64,000 nucleotides of DNA from the NCBI RefSeq assembly GCF_009914755.1, contig NC_060932.1; one strand, written 5' to 3'. The notes beneath the pieces were generated by a model that did no database searches, was not told where the DNA came from, and saw only the letters and a program-made list of their open reading frames with translations. The stretch comes from the human T2T-CHM13v2.0 reference genome, Homo sapiens. Shown one piece after another: positions 31,171-44,703 of the stretch. The translations under genes were made by a program, and so were the position numbers. How positions within the stretch are numbered: position 1 is the stretch's first letter; each line of letters starts with the position of its first letter.

Positions 31171-31537
31171 TGATATGATTTGGCTCTGTGTTCCCACCCA
31201 AATCTCATCTCAAATTTTAATCCCCATGTGTTGAGGGAGGGATCTGGTGGGAGGTGACTGGATCATGGGGTCGGATTTCCCCCTTGCTATTCTCATGATG
31301 GTGAGTGAGTTCTCATGAGATCTGGTTATTTGATGACTGCTTGGTACTTCCCCCTTCTCTCTCTCTCCTGCTGCCATGTAAGACATGCCTTGCTTCCCTT
31401 TCACCTGCCAACATGATTATAAGTTTTTGGAAACATCCCCAGCCATGTGGAGCTGTGAGTCAATTAAACCTCTTTTGTTTATAAATAAGCCAGTCTCAGG
31501 TAGTATCTTTATAGCAGTGTGAGAATGGACTAATACA
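31171..31537 (+). mobile_element. THE1D-like MaLR solo LTR
   Basis: TGATATG...GACTAATACA with a perfect 5-bp TSD CAATT. Confidence 0.93.
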
Positions 31538-33000
31538 CAATTCAATGGAGAAATAATAATGTTTTTAACAAATGGTGCTGGAATTATTGAACATTCTTAT
31601 GCAAATTTTAAAAAATAACATTAATACCTCACATGATATACAAAAATAACACAAAATAGACTATCGATCTAAATGTAAACCTAAAACTATAAAATTTCTA
31701 GAAAAGCACAGACGAATTTTTATAACTCTGGGTTGGGCAAAGATCTCATAGATACAACATCAAAAGCATGAACTGTGAAAGAATAGATTGATAAATTGGA
31801 CTTCATCAAATTTATGAACTTATGTTCCTTAAAAAAAACTATTAAGATAATGAATGGCAAGGCACAGACTGGGAGAAATTATTTGCAAATTATATGCATG
31901 ATAAAATATTTGTGTTCTATTTACAAAGAACTTTAAAACTCCGTAATATGAAAACAAGCAGTCCGATAAAAAAGGAAAAAAAGATTTGAACAGACACTTC
32001 AACAAAGAAGATATATGAATTGCAAATAAACAGATGAAAAGATGCTGAATAAACATCATTAATTATCAGATAAATGAAATTAAAATCACAGACACTACTG
32101 CACCTCTATTAGCATGACAAAAATCAACAATTATGGGTAAGGATGTCAAAGAACTGGAACACAGACAATCAGACAATCCTGGCAGGAATATAAGGTGGCA
32201 CAACCATTTCAGGAAACTGTTTGGCAGTTTCTTATACAGTTGCAAATATTAATACAAGCCTGTTGCATGATCCAGCCATTTCATTTCTAGGTATTTACCC
32301 AAAAGAAATGAAAATATAGCCACGGGCTGAAAGCTGGAAACAACCTAGACACCCAATAACAGCTGAATAGACAAACAGATTGTGGTTTACCCATACAATG
32401 AAACATTAGTCCACTACAAAGGAATGAACAATAACATGGATGAATCTCACAATCTTTATTCTGAGGGGAAACATCTAGACAAACGATGTCCTATTATATG
32501 ACGACATTTGTATAAACTTCACATGCAAACTAATCTATAGTGACAAAAGGCAGATAAGTGCTTGCCCGTGATGATGGAGGTGCGAGAGGCTGAGAGGGGC
32601 AATGTAGAAAGAAACTACAAAAGGAGTAAGGAAACCACTGAGGCTGATTGATATATTCAGTATCTTGATTGTGGCAATAATTCCATGGTATATATTCATG
32701 CACATGTCAAAACTCATATTATACACTTTAAATATGTGCAGTTTCTTACATGTCAATTAAATCTCATGAAAGTTGTTTTACAAAAACTTTTTTAAACTAA
32801 CTTCTTTATTGCCTGTAACTTTATTTTTCTAGCACCGTAGACAATATCAAGTGAATTGAATAATGCCTGTTGAAAGCCTACAATGTCTCATGTACAATAA
32901 AGTCCAACAGATGGGACCCTCTTCTGAGTCTTATTGCCGTCTCTTTCAAATTATATTTGAATCTTAGAGAAAACATTAATTTTCACTAAGAAAATAAGAG

Positions 33001-33317
33001 AAAAATTATATATTTTTATATTATATATTTATATTAAATATTTATAATTATATTATATATTTAAATTATATATTATATAATTATATTATATATTTATATT
33101 ATATATTATATAATTATATTATATATTTAAATTATATATTATATAATTATATTATATATTTAAATTATATATTATATAATTATATTATATATTTAAATTA
33201 TATATTATATAATTATTATATATTTATATTAGATTATATAATTATATTATATATTTATATTATATATATATTTATATTATATAATTATATTATATATTTA
33301 TATTATATATATTTTTT
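33001..33317. repeat. AT-rich minisatellite (~33-bp unit attatattatatatttaaattatatattatata)
   Basis: Direct reading. Only one G in ~317 bp. Confidence 0.9.
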
Positions 33318-33374
33318 CTATAAGAGAAAAATTACATTTGAATCTTAGAGAAAGCTAACTCTTGTTGAAAAATC

Positions 33375-33560
33375 ATTATGTGCTAGGAATTTTCCTAACC
33401 TCCCTTCTTTAATCTTTCCAACAATCCTACGAAGATGGTACTTTCATTACCCTCATGTAGTCGATAAATAAACGGAAGCACAAATAGGTTAAGACACCTT
33501 CCCAAGGTCATGAATCTAATGCACGGCCTTCAGATCTGAAGCCCAGCTCCAGAATCTCAA
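33375..33560 (-). mobile_element. MIR
   Basis: ttatgtgctagg...tttaatctttccaacaatcctacgaag...aggttaagacaccttcccaaggtca. Confidence 0.7.
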
Positions 33561-34969
33561 CAGTGCCCTACCGTGGTCTTTCACAATCACAGAGTTGCAG
33601 CACCATATACCCCTTCTTGGGTCTACATCCTCTTTCTGAATTTCTCTTTCTGCTTTTCGCTCTAACAGCTGTTTTTGATGCTTCTTTACCTTTTAGTGTA
33701 TCCTTTTTTTATAGGAATAATACCTTTTTCTTTTACACTACTGAATCTGAGAATGTAAAACCATTGTTTGGATGTAACAGCTAGGAAACAGTTCTTAAAT
33801 GGTGACACAAGCATTTCTGAGCTTACTGTTCAGGTGTGCTCCCATTCTGGTACACAGTAGGACTCTGCGGGCCCTGAAGGGATGCCTGCACAGGGACCAC
33901 ATTACCATAGGCTCTATAGAGTGCACACTAGCATCCACTTCACAAGCCTTGCCAAGGAAGAAAAGCTTCCATGTGAATGAATTTCAGGAAAATGGAAGGC
34001 TACTCCTTTCAGAGTTCAGGATTTGCTGTTTCCCTAAGCTCTCATAGCTGTATAATAAATGCAAAAAGACTGAGAACCCTGGTTTCTTACAGGAAAAACA
34101 AAGGGAAAAAAGAAAGAACAGTAAAAAGACCTGTTTGAGTAATGTTTACAAAAAAACATAAATGAATAATCTCTTAGGATCCCTCCAGTAGCAGGCTAAA
34201 GGATACAGTCCCTTGTGATTTGTGATAGTCTGTGTTGGCTATGACCACATACACAGTCTGCTATTTTATGCACAAGCAGTTTTATGGCTCTGTTGTTTTT
34301 TCCCCTGCTGTTTTTCACATTAACTAGAAATCCGGCCTTAGACATTGAGCAAAATGAGGCTGCCTAATTTCTCCTATGTTAGTAGCAGTTCATGCTTTGG
34401 TAAATCAAGGTTAACAAAAGAACTGCTTTATGCAAATTGGACATGTGAAAATCCTGAATACATGATTTTTAATTTTAAATGCTCATAGGAGACATTTTCT
34501 AAGCTAATGTTCTTAACAGTAATGTTTTAAAAAAATACAACCCATATTTCCTGAAAAAGCTATTGAATATTTTGTTTTTCTTACTCCTTGCTTAAATTTC
34601 TTATTAATATTGTGTTTAATGACTTTAATTCACACTTCCTGATTGTTTATTTTAAGTATAATTATGTTGTTTACAAGCAAATTAGCTTCCTGGAGTCATT
34701 TAAAATAAACAGTAATAAATATAAGATGATATTCAAGAGGCATGAAGAGGAAATAAATTATTGTAGAAAAGGTAGAGTAATAACTGAAAAAATAAAGTTG
34801 TTATAAGTCATGAATATGATTTTTGGACAAAATAAAACATAATTAAAATACATTTTAAAAATCTACCCTGGGAATTCTGAGAATCATATGCAGGAACTAT
34901 AATGAACAAATATGAATGCCTACATATAAATGTATAAAAATTACAAAATCCATGTGTCATTTGAATATG

Positions 34970-37288
34970 TGATATGGTTTGGCTGTGTCCTCACCCAAAT
35001 TTCATCTTGAATTGAAACTCCCACAATTCCCATATGTCACGGGAGGAACCCACTGGGAGGTGATTGAATGATGGGGGCGGGTCTTTCCTGCACTGTTCTT
35101 GTTAATGAATGAGTCTCACAAGATCTGATGGTTTTAAAAATGGGAGTTTCCCTACACAAGCTCTCTTCTCTTTGCCTGCCGCCATCCACGTAAGATGTGA
35201 CTTGTTCTTCCTTGCCTTCTGCCATTATTGTGAGGCCTCCCCAACCCCGTGGAACTGTGACTTCAACTGAACCTCTTTTGTGAATTGCCCAGTCACAGAT
35301 ATGTCTTTCTCAGCAGCATGAAAATGGATTAATACAGTAAATTGGTACCACTAGAGTGGGACGTTGCTGAAAAGATACCTGAAAATGTGAAAGTGAATTT
35401 GGAACTGGGTAACAGGCAGAGATTGGAACAGTTTAGAGGGCTCAGAAGAAGACAGGAAAATGTGGGAAAGTTTGGAACTTCCTAGAGTTCCAAACTTGTT
35501 GAATGACTGACAAAAATGGTGATAGTGATATGAACAATAAGGTCCAAGCTGAGGTGGTCTCAGATGGAGATGAGGAACTTGTTGGGAACTGGAGCAAAAG
35601 TGACTCTTGTTATGTTTCAGCAAACAGACCGGTGGAATTTTGCCCCTGCCCTAGAGATTTGTGGAACTTTGAACTTGAGAGAGTTGACTTAGGGTATCTG
35701 GCAGAAGAAATTTCTAAGCAGCAAAGCATTTAAGAGGCGACTAGACTGCAGTTGAAGGCATTCAATTTTATAAGGAAACAGAGCATAAAAGTTCAGAAAA
35801 CTTACAGCATGACAATGTGATAGAAAAGAAAAATTCATTTTCTGAGGAGAAATTCAAGCTGGCTGCAGAAATTTGCGTAAGTAACAAGGAGCTGAGTGTT
35901 AATCCCCAAGACAATGGGAAAAATGTCTCCAGGGCATGTCAGAGGTCTCCATGGCAGCCCCTCCCATCACAGGCCTAGAGGTCTAGGAGAAAATGGTTTC
36001 ATGGGCCTGCCCAGGGTCCCTGTGCTGTGTGCAGCCTAGGAACTTGGTGCCCTGCGTCCCAGCCACTCCAGCCCTGACTAAAAGGGGCCAAGGTACAGCT
36101 CAGGCTTTTGCTTCAGAGGGCGGAAGTCCCAAGCCTTGGCAGCTTTCACGTGGTGTTGAGCGTGCAGGTGCACAGAAATCAAGAACTGAGGTTTGGGAAC
36201 CTCCACCTAGATTTCAGAAGATGTATGGAAATGTCTCAATGCAGAGGCAGAAGTTTGCTGCAGGGGTGGGGCCTTCATGGAGAACCTTTGCTAGCGCAGT
36301 GAGGAAGGGAAATGTGGGGTTGGAGCCCCAGCACAGACTCCCTACTGGGGCATCACCTAGTGGAGCTGTGAGAAAAGGGTCATTGTCCTCCAGACCCCAG
36401 AATGGTAGATCCACTGACAGTTTGCACCTTGTACCTGGAAAAGCTGCACACACTGAACGCCAGCTGGTGAAAACAGCCAGGAGGTGGGCTATACTCTGCA
36501 AAGCCACAGGAGTGGAGCTGCCCAAGACCATAGGAACCCACCTCTTGCATCAGCATGACCTGGATGTGAGACATGGAGTCAAGGGAGATCATCTTAGAGC
36601 TTTAAGATTTGACTGCCCTGCTGAATTTCAGACTTGCATGGGGCCGGTAGCCCCTTTGTTTTGGCCAATTTCTCCCATTTGGAACTGCTGTATTTACCCA
36701 GTGCCTATACCCCCATTGTATTTAGGAAGTAAGTAACTTTCTTTTGATTTTACAGGCTCGTAGGCAGAAGGGACTTGTCTTGTCTCAGATGAGACATTGG
36801 ACTGTGGACTTCTGTGTTAATGATGAAATGAGTGAAGACTTTGGGGGACTTTTGGGAAGGCATGATTGGTTTTGAAATATGAGGACATGATATTTGGGAG
36901 GGGCCAGGGACAGAATGATATGGTGTGGCTGTGTCCCCACCCAGATCTCATCTTGAATTGTAACTCCCACAGTTCCCACATGTTGTGGAAGGAACTTGGT
37001 GGGAGGTGATTTAATTATGGGGGCAGGTCTTTCCTTTGCTGTTCTCGTTATAGTGAATGAGTCTCATGAGATCTAAGGGTTTTAAAAATGGGAGTTTCTC
37101 TGCACAAGCTCTCTTCTCTTTGCCTGCCATCATCCATGTAAGATGTGGCTTGCTTATCCTTGCCTTCCACCATGATTGTGAGGCCTTCCCAGCCACATGG
37201 AACTGTGAGTCTAATTAAACCTCTTTCTTTTGTAAATTGCCCAGTCTTGGGTATGTGTTTATCAGCAGCGTGAAAATGGACTGATACA
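34970..37288 (+). mobile_element. Complete THE1 (A/B-like) MaLR provirus: LTR 34970-35336, internal 35337-36915, LTR 36916-37288
   Basis: Two homologous TG..CA LTRs. The internal region starts gtaaattggtacca and ends in a purine-rich PPT-like tract. Perfect 5-bp TSD ATATG. Confidence 0.96.
35993..36736 (+). pseudogene. THE1-int residual ORF (247 codons)
   Basis: Lies wholly within THE1-int. Contains the typical MaLR peptide (EGGSPKPWQL, VWEPPPRFQKMYGN). Confidence 0.7.
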
Positions 37289-37907
37289 ATATGCTTTTGA
37301 GTAATTTTGTCTTTGCTTTTTTTAATTTTACTATTTAAGGTGATAGTCATTTGAAAAAGACTCTTTTGCAAATACAAATGAAAGTTGAAAATCATCACTG
37401 TTTTGTAGCTTCAAAAAGCCATTCACTGTCTGCAGAGTTATTGGTTTTACACATAGTATCCTGTGGTCATTCATTCTCCTTGACTAATTTCATTAGAAAG
37501 TGACATGGCACTTTACTGCCAGATGCCTAATGTAATTCCTGGGGCATTCTTGGCACCCAGATATTTTTTAAGTAACTAATGCATGGTTATGAGCAATGTT
37601 TTTCTTTCATAAAGCCATAAAATATTGAAGGTATAAATGGATTTTATATCTTCTTGTACAAGTTGTGTAGTTCAAGCTTTATGGCTTTGTAAAAGAATAA
37701 ATTAATTTGTTAATTAACTTAAGCATATTATATTTGAGAGGTTTTAAAACCTGTTTGTCTTGCCAGGGAGGGACAATTACAATTTGCAATTCTGTTTCCT
37801 GGTCTCAGTAGCAAACCAATTTTGTTTTATTTGCATCTGAGATCAAGAGAAACAATGACAAAACTCTTGGCTTAGCAATAAAGAAAGAATCTTTGAACAG
37901 GAAAAAA

Positions 37908-37972
37908 TACACACACATACACATATGCATGTGTATATGTGTTTATATATATATATATGCACACATGCATAC
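37908..37972. repeat. Mixed (CA)/(TA)/(TG) low-complexity tract
   Basis: Direct reading. Confidence 0.8.
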
Positions 37973-38002
37973 AAAAATTTAGAATGGTGGTTATCTTTGG
38001 AG

Positions 38003-39020
38003 ACATACAGAATGAGAGAAAATATTTGCAAATTATGTGTTTGATAAAGGATTAATATCTAAAATATATAAAGAATTTCTATAACTCAACAATATAAAAT
38101 AAGCAACCCAATTCAAACATGGATAAAGGACTTGAATAGAAATTTCTTCAAAGGAGATATATAGATGTTCAAAGACACATAAAAAGATGGTCAGTAATAC
38201 TCATTGTTAGAGAACACAAATCAAAACCATAACAAGATGCCATTTCTCCCACATCAGGATGGCTATTATGGAAAAATAAAACAGAAAATAACAAGTGTTG
38301 GCTAGGATATGGAGAAATTATGCTACTGATAAGAATGTAAAATTGTGCAGCTTCTATGGAAAATATAGCTTGTACATGCTATAGAAAATATAAATTTTAT
38401 GACTACTATGGAAAACCATCATACAATGCTTTCACAAAAAATTAAAAACAGGATTACCATATGATCCAGCAATTCCACTTCTAAGTATAGAGCCAAAAGA
38501 AATGACAGCATGAACTTAAACAGATGTTTGTACACTAATGTTGTTAGCAGCATTATTCACATTAGCTATTCAATGGAAACAACCTAAATATCCACCAGCA
38601 GATGAATGCATAAACAAAAGGTGGCATCTACAGACAATAAAATATTATTCAGCCTTAAAAAAAGAAGAAAACCTTAACACATTGCCACAACATGTATGAA
38701 TATCGAAGACATTATGCCAAGTGAAATAAGCCAGGCAAGAAAAAAGCAAATATTGCATGATTCCACTTATATGAGGTATCTAGAGTAGTCAAATTCGTAG
38801 AAATAACAAAATGGTGGTTGCTAGAGGCTAAGAGAGAAGGGAATGAGGTTACTGCTTACTGGGTACAGAGTTTCAGTTTGGGAAGTTAAAAAAGCTCTAA
38901 AGTTTGATGGTGCTGGTGATTGCATGACAATGTGAATGTACTTAATGCTATTGACTTGTACACTGAAAATATTGTTAAAATAGTAAATTTTATATCATGG
39001 TTTCTTACTACAATAAAAAA
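38003..39020 (+). mobile_element. 5'-truncated L1MB (L1MB3/4-like)
   Basis: ORF2 C-terminal remnant plus 3'UTR gggtacagagtttcagtttgggaag...caatgtgaatgtacttaatgc...aataaaaaa. Confidence 0.85.
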
Positions 39021-42000
39021 TGTCTGTCATGGACATAATTTCTCAGGAAATTTCAATTCATAGTAGGTTTGAGAATTATTGGGTTGAAGTAAATGATATT
39101 TACAGTTTAGAATAAATAAATGTGGCCTTTTTCTCTTCAGAAGACTTTTATTGGACTTCTGATTTCTCATTCAGCATGTAAGGAGCTTGGAAGTCATTAC
39201 CCACTCCTAACAAGTGAAAACCTGAACAGACAAAAAATTGAGAACCTCTCTTGAATCTGTAAGAGAGGCAAAGACACAGGGCAAACCACTGCCACAAGTC
39301 TGAATAGACAGAATAGACAGGCAAGTACAGGGAGTCATGGCTTACCAGAGCAGAGACTCATGAGCAGAAACTGCTGCAGAAACCAGGGCTGGAGTAGGGA
39401 AATCCAAATTGTAATTGATGAATTGCTTAAGGTTCAGTGTGAACAAATCTGAGAGATGAAAAACTCAAGGGATCCCACTAATAGGGGCTATCTTAATATT
39501 TTAATGAGTTTACCTCCAGGATCTCAACCAATTCACACAGTAAATATCAGAAAAATATCCCGTTGTGCTTCCGACATGGGAAGAGGAAAAGGAAGGTTTT
39601 AAATAAGCCAGGGCACTCTGTTCTTAACAGGGTCTACCCTTAGGAGAGAACAGTTTACCAGAGCCTCACCTGCTGGGGTACTATCAGAGTCTAACTGAAC
39701 TGGGAGAAGGGAAATACTCAATTCCAGCCAGCTCTAACCTTTCTGCCTCACCTAAGGGGAGGGCGTAACTGAGAAACACATGTGAATTCATAGTTCAGGG
39801 GCACCAGATCACTAAAAGATTATAACCTAATCATAGGACTATAGAATTCATTCCGTAGCCCCACACCTCACCAAGACATTACTAAAGACCTAGTTACAGC
39901 AGTTCCTTTTTCTCAGTACATCATGTTGAGCTATCAAGAAAAAATTTCAAGGCATACAAAAAGTTAAAAGAAAAACACAGTTTGAACACAATGTATGTGA
40001 AGGCATTTGCTGCCAGTAGACTGCCTAGAAGAAATACTACAAGTTCTAGAGAAAAGGAAAATAATATAGGTTAGAAACTTGGATATTTATAAGAAAAGGA
40101 AGAGCATGGAGGAAGGAATAAGTGAAGGCAAAATAAAAACATTTTTAAAATTCTTAGTTGATTGAGTTGATAATTTGTTAAAAATGATAGCAACAATCTA
40201 TTTCATTATGTATGTTTATATATACATATATATCTTATAAATATATGTACCTATGTATGTTTATATATAGGTCCAAGGAATGACATCAATGACATAAGGG
40301 ACAGAAGGGATAAATTAGGATTATTTTGTTATTATAAGGTATTCATGCTATCTGTGAAACAGTAATAGTGTTATTTGAAAGTGGTCTTGGATTTGTTGTA
40401 AATGTGTACTGGAAACTCTAGGAAAACCATTTTAAAAAGTATAGATAATATGCTAAAAAGGGAGAGAATGAAATTATGTAAAATGATGAATTAAAAGTAC
40501 AAAAGGCAGAAAAAGATTGGAAGACAAAAAGAGAAACAAAGAACAAGGGCAGCAAATAGAAAACAGTAACAAATATGGTAGCTATTAATCCAACTGTGTC
40601 AATAATGCAAATGATCTAAATGTACCAATGGAAAGACAGAAATTGTCAGAGTGAGTAAAGAGACAAGACTCAACTATATGTTGTCTCCAAGAAATCCACT
40701 TGAAACATAAAGACACATATAGATTAAAGTAAATGGATGGAGAAAAATATACCCTCTTAACACAAAAAGAAAGCAGTAGTAGCTATATTAATTTCAGAGA
40801 AAGCAGACTTCAAGCAATGAAAGTTTTAGGAATAAAGGGGGCATTACATAATGGTAAATGGGTCAATTCCTCAAGAAGACATAACAATCTTTAACATGCA
40901 TGCACCTAAAAACAGTGTCAGAATATGTGAGGCAAAAACGGGTGGAACTTCAAGAAGAAATAGATGAATCCACTATTATAGTTGGAGAATTCAACACCCC
41001 TCTATCAAAAATGAACTGATCCAGCAGGCAGAAAATCAGTAAAGACAAAACTGAACTCAACACCACAATGATTAACCAGATATAATAGACATCTATAGAT
41101 TACTTCATCCAGCAAGAGAAGAATACACATTGTCCTCAAGCCCACATGAAATATTCACCAAGATAGACCACGTTCTGGGTTGTAAAATATCACAAATTTA
41201 AAAGAATAGAAATCATAAAATATCTACTCTTGGACCACAATGAAATTAAACTAGAAATCAACTGAAGTAAGATAACTGGGAAATCTCCAAATACATGAAG
41301 ATTAAATAACACACTTCTAAGTAACACGTGGGTCAAAGAAGAAGTCTCAAGATAAATTAAGAAATATTTTAAATTAAAAATGAAAATACAACTCGCCAAA
41401 ATTTGTGAGATGCAGTGAAAGCAATACTTAGGGGGAAATTTATATCATTGAGTATGTATATTAGAAAAGAAAAAAGATCTAAAATTAATCAGCTAAGCTT
41501 CCACTTTAGGAAACTAGAAAAAGAAGAGAAAATTAAAAAAAAAAATAAACTGAAGAAAGAAAAATTAGAACAGAAATCAATGAAAAATCAATAAAATCAA
41601 TAATCCTGTATCCAGGCTAAGAAAAAAAAAAATCTCGTGACCTTTCAAAAGATAATAAAAGGATACTATAAACAACTAAATGCCCACAAATTTTGCAACC
41701 TGGTTTAAATACGTTGAAAGACAATCTGCCAAAACTCACACAAGAAGAAATAGATAATCTGGATAGGGCTGTAGCTAATTAAAAAATTGGATCATTCACT
41801 AATAGTGTTCCAAAACAGACAGCACCAGGTCCAGATGGGATTACTGCTGAATTCTACCTAACATTTAAGGGAGAAAGCATACCAATTATCCAAACCTCTT
41901 CTGGAAGATAGAAACAGGAGAATATTTCCTAATTCATTCTGTGAGACCAATATTACCCTCATACCAGAATCAGACAAATAAATTATAAGAAAAGAAAACT

Positions 42001-42156
42001 ACAGACCAATATCTGTCATGAGAACAGATGGAAAAATCCTCAACAAAATATTAGCAAATAGAATCAACAATGTCTAAAAAGAATTATACACCATGACCAA
42101 GTGAGGTTTATTCCAGGTATGCAAGGCTGTCTTATTATTTGAAAATCAGTTAATGC

Positions 42157-42188
42157 ACTGCTTCTCGGTTTTTTGGCTAAGATTAAGT
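42157..42188 (+). pseudogene. 3'-truncated U2 snRNA retropseudogene
   Basis: actgcttctcggttttttggctaagattaagt vs U2 nt 1-32 ATCGCTTCTCGGCCTTTTGGCTAAGATCAAGT (27/32). Flanked by aaaatcagttaatg / aaaatcaattactg. Confidence 0.85.
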
Positions 42189-44229
42189 AAAAATCAATTA
42201 CTGTAATTTACCATATCAGTGGGCTACAAAAGAAAAACTACATGATTATATCAATAGATGCAGAAAAAAAAATTTGACAAATCTAACACACATTCATGAT
42301 GAAAACACTCAGTGAACTAGAAATAGTGGGCAACTTCCTCAACTTGATAAAGAATATCTGCAAGAAAAAATCTACAGCTAACATGACACTTAATGATGAC
42401 AAACTGAAGATTTCCTACTAAAATCAAGAACAAGGCAAAGATGTCTCCTTCTACCCCTTCTTTTCAACATCACATGAGAAGTTCTAACCAATGCAACAAG
42501 ATAAGAAAAGGAAATAAAGGATACAGATTGTGAAAGAATAAATAGAACTGTTTGTCTTTGTAGATGACACAATGATCTATGCAGAAAATACAAAATAATT
42601 AACAAAAAAGCTCCTGAAATTAATACGCAATTATAGCAATGTTGCAAGGTACAATGTTAATATACAAAAGCTGATCACTTTGCCGTAAACCAATAATGAA
42701 CAGTTGGAATTTGAAATTTAAAACACAATACAGTTTACATTAGCATCCCTCCCCAAATAAAATACACTAAATCTAACAAAATATGCATACAATCTTTATA
42801 AGTAAATCTACAAAATTCTGATGAACGAAATCAAAAGAGAACTAAGTAAATAGAGAGATATTCCATGTTAATCAATAGAAAGATTCAGTATTGACAAGAT
42901 GTCAGATTCATCTACAGATTCAATTTAAATTCCAACAAAAATTGCATTGAGTTATTTTGTGGATATAGAAAGAATGATTCTAAAGTTTATAGTTTTTATG
43001 AAAGGGTAAAAGAAACAGAATAGCTAATATAATATTGAAGGAGAACAAAATTAGAGGACTGACACTACCTGACTTGAAGATTTATTGGAAGCTATAGTAA
43101 TCAAAACAGTGTCGTACTGGTGAAAAAGAATAGGCAAATAGATCAATGGAATAGAATAGAGAGCATAGAAATAGACCCACATAAATACACTCTACTGATT
43201 TTTTACAAAGGAGCAAGGCAATATAATGGAGCAAAGATAGTCCTCAACAAATGGTGCTGGAACACATGGACATACACACATGCACACACCCAAAGGAATC
43301 TAGACACAGACTTTTCCCCTTCCACAAAAAATAACACAAAAGATCACAGATCTAAATGTAAAATGCAAAACTATAAAACTCCTAGAAGATAACATAGAAG
43401 AAAACCTAGATGACTTTGGCTATGGCAGTGAATTTTTAGATATAACACCAAAGTCACATCCAATGAAATAATTAATTGATAATAAACTGGATTTCATTAA
43501 AATTAAAAGCTTCTGCTGTGTGAAAGACAATGTCCATAGATAGAAGAGACAACTCATAGACTGGGGGAAAATATTTGCAAAGATGCATATTATAAAGGAG
43601 TGTTATCCAGAATATACAAATAAAACTCAATAATAAGAAACAACCTAACCAAAACATGAGCAAGAGATCTTAACAGACATTTCACCAAAGAATATTTACA
43701 GATGTCCAATAAGCATAAAAGGACACTCACATTATATGTCATCAGGGAAATATAGATTAAAACTGCAATGAGACATCACTACACACCTATTAGAATGGTC
43801 AAAATCTGCAACAATGACAACACCAAATGCTGATGAGGGTGCGAAGAAAAAGAAACTCTCATTGATTGCTGGTGAGAATGCAAAATGGTTCAGCAACTTT
43901 GGAAGAGAGTTTGACAGTTTCATACAAAACTTAGCATGTTCTTACCACATGATCCAGCAGTTGTGCTCTTTGGTAGCTACTTGAAGCTGGCAACATATAC
44001 TGACAAAAAACCTGCACATGGATGTTTATGGCAGCTGTACTTATAATTACAAAAACGTGGAAGCAACTAAGATGTCTTTCAGTAGGTAAATGGATAAGTT
44101 GTGGTACATCCAGTCAATGGAATATTATCCAGCACTAAAAGTATATGAGCTATCAAGCCATGAAAAGACATGAAGGAAACAAGTGCATATTATTAGGTGA
44201 AGGAAGCGAATGTGAAAAGGCGATATATA

Positions 44230-44703
44230 GGCAGGCAAGAAGTGAAGTCAGGAGACAGGAAGTGGCCCGGGGAAACATGTCTTTCCTCTCTCCTCCTCAG
44301 CCCCAAGTGAACAGGTAGCATCAGGTGTGCCATTTGAGTGACTGGGCACAGCTCAGGCACCCACATCTCCCTCCAGCGCCTATTCTTTGAACACCAGAGA
44401 CCTCTGCACTATTTTTTGTTGCTTTTTTCCTTCATTTTCAGAGATGAGATCCTGGATTGAATGGCTTGAATTACTGTGGAAAGTAATTGACCAAGGTAAG
44501 TCACAACTATCTTGTTCTTTAATTTTGTTGTTGTTTGTTATGACTAATTGAATGTTAGCCATCTAGCACACATAGCTTTGCATTTCCACTCTGCATTACT
44601 TGTATTTTTATTATTTTGTAATATTTAAAATTTGTTATTATAAAACTGTGTTATTAGTTTGGATAATTTGAAGTTAAAATGTGATTTTTTAACTAAGTGG
44701 CAG
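44230..44703 (+). other. Non-L1 insert in the L1MC1 3'UTR, containing an exon-like unit (44442-44495)
   Basis: L1 homology stops after gaaaaggcgatata and resumes at ggaaaaggcaaaactat. The insert has a long polypyrimidine tract..ttcag | 54 nt | AAG/gtaagt. Confidence 0.6.

Noticed and set aside
33001-33317. Regularly spaced repeats as a possible CRISPR array or prokaryotic system
   Set aside because: There are no unique spacers or cas genes. This is primate DNA with an AT minisatellite.
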